Source of the DNA: Planctomycetota bacterium
GTDB lineage: Bacteria > Planctomycetota > UBA1135 > UBA2386
Assembly (NCBI GenBank): GCA_020638655.1
Contig: JACKIC010000003.1
Coordinates: 136,990 to 200,989 of the forward strand
Length of the DNA: 64,000 bases
Reading direction: 5' to 3'
The notes under the pieces are model-generated. The model did not search any database. It worked only from the letters and a program-made list of their open reading frames with translations, and was not told the origin of the DNA. The position numbers and the translations under genes were made by a program. Of this stretch, positions 63,671-64,000 are shown piece after piece; the stretch's first letter is position 1, and the number at the start of each line of letters is the position of its first letter.

Positions 63671-64000
63671 ATGCCCTTGCCTGCCACCGCCCGGACCGCC
63701 GTGCCATCGGCCCCTTTGCCGCTGGCGCCGTCGATCGAGCGTCAGGCGCGCGGCGTCTGGCGCTACCTGCGCATGCAGGGCGCGGCGCCGGGTGAGGCCG
63801 ACGACCTCGTGCAGGAGGCGTTCGTCGTGGCGCTGCAGAAGGGCGCGCTGCGGCTCGAGCCCGCCGCCGCGTTCACGTTCCTGCGGCGCACCGCACGGTT
63901 CCTGTTCCTGCGCCGGCGGCAGGGCGGACTCGAGGCGAACCTGCTGGCCGACGCGGTCGACGAGCTGTGGCAGCGCGACTGCGAGGCCGACGGCGGCGAC
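63671..64000 (+). CDS. Second ECF-type sigma factor, 3' end outside the window
   Basis: GAGGA lies 2 nt upstream of ATG 63671. My own translation is MPLPATARTAVPSAPLPLAPSIERQARGVWRYLRMQGAAPGEADDLVQEAFVVALQKG..., which is region-2-like. The frame is open to the window end. It is absent from the ORF track because it has no stop. Confidence 0.65.
   Translation, partial: MPLPATARTAVPSAPLPLAPSIERQARGVWRYLRMQGAAPGEADDLVQEAFVVALQKGALRLEPAAAFTFLRRTARFLFLRRRQGGLEANLLADAVDELWQRDCEADGGD

Overview
The window is very GC-rich bacterial chromosome. G+C is judged by eye at well above 65%, so every real gene is shadowed by long Arg/Ala/Gly/Pro-rich antisense or off-frame ORFs. I chose coding frames by amino-acid composition, catalytic motifs, signal peptides and start/stop context. 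About 43 CDSs are supported. I recognised no rRNA, tRNA, CRISPR array, transposase or integrase.

Main content:
- **Hybrid NRPS-PKS assembly line (8163-20058).** It is translationally coupled: A-T, then KS-AT-ACP-aminotransferase, then C-A-T-C-T-TE. Possible tailoring and export genes follow at 22137-25060.
- **Exported repeat proteins.** FG-GAP, RCC1-like, PKD and beta-propeller-like proteins are unusually dense. At least nine share a family-unassigned C-terminal module of about 110-130 aa, and two of them are the module alone. This is my best candidate for an undescribed system.
- **Regulatory and housekeeping genes.** An HD-GYP phosphodiesterase is coupled to a partner with a paralogous N-terminal domain. 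There is also an RND efflux pair, an MFS plus Gfo/Idh/MocA pair, egtB, and an ECF sigma / Ser-Thr kinase-TPR module with a second divergent ECF sigma.

Smaller oddities:
- An in-frame TGA with a SECIS-like hairpin inside an FG-GAP gene.
- A 16-17 nt AT-richer motif present three times.
- A DEAD-box helicase ORF with no stop before its terminator, associated with a 16-nt-period direct repeat.
- A Lys-to-Arg pseudo-aminotransferase fused to a jelly-roll-like domain.
- A small lipoprotein with vicinal cysteine pairs.
- An isolated FlgG-like rod protein whose ORF carries a lipoprotein-type leader.

Gene content is reminiscent of Planctomycetota or Myxococcota. That is inference only.
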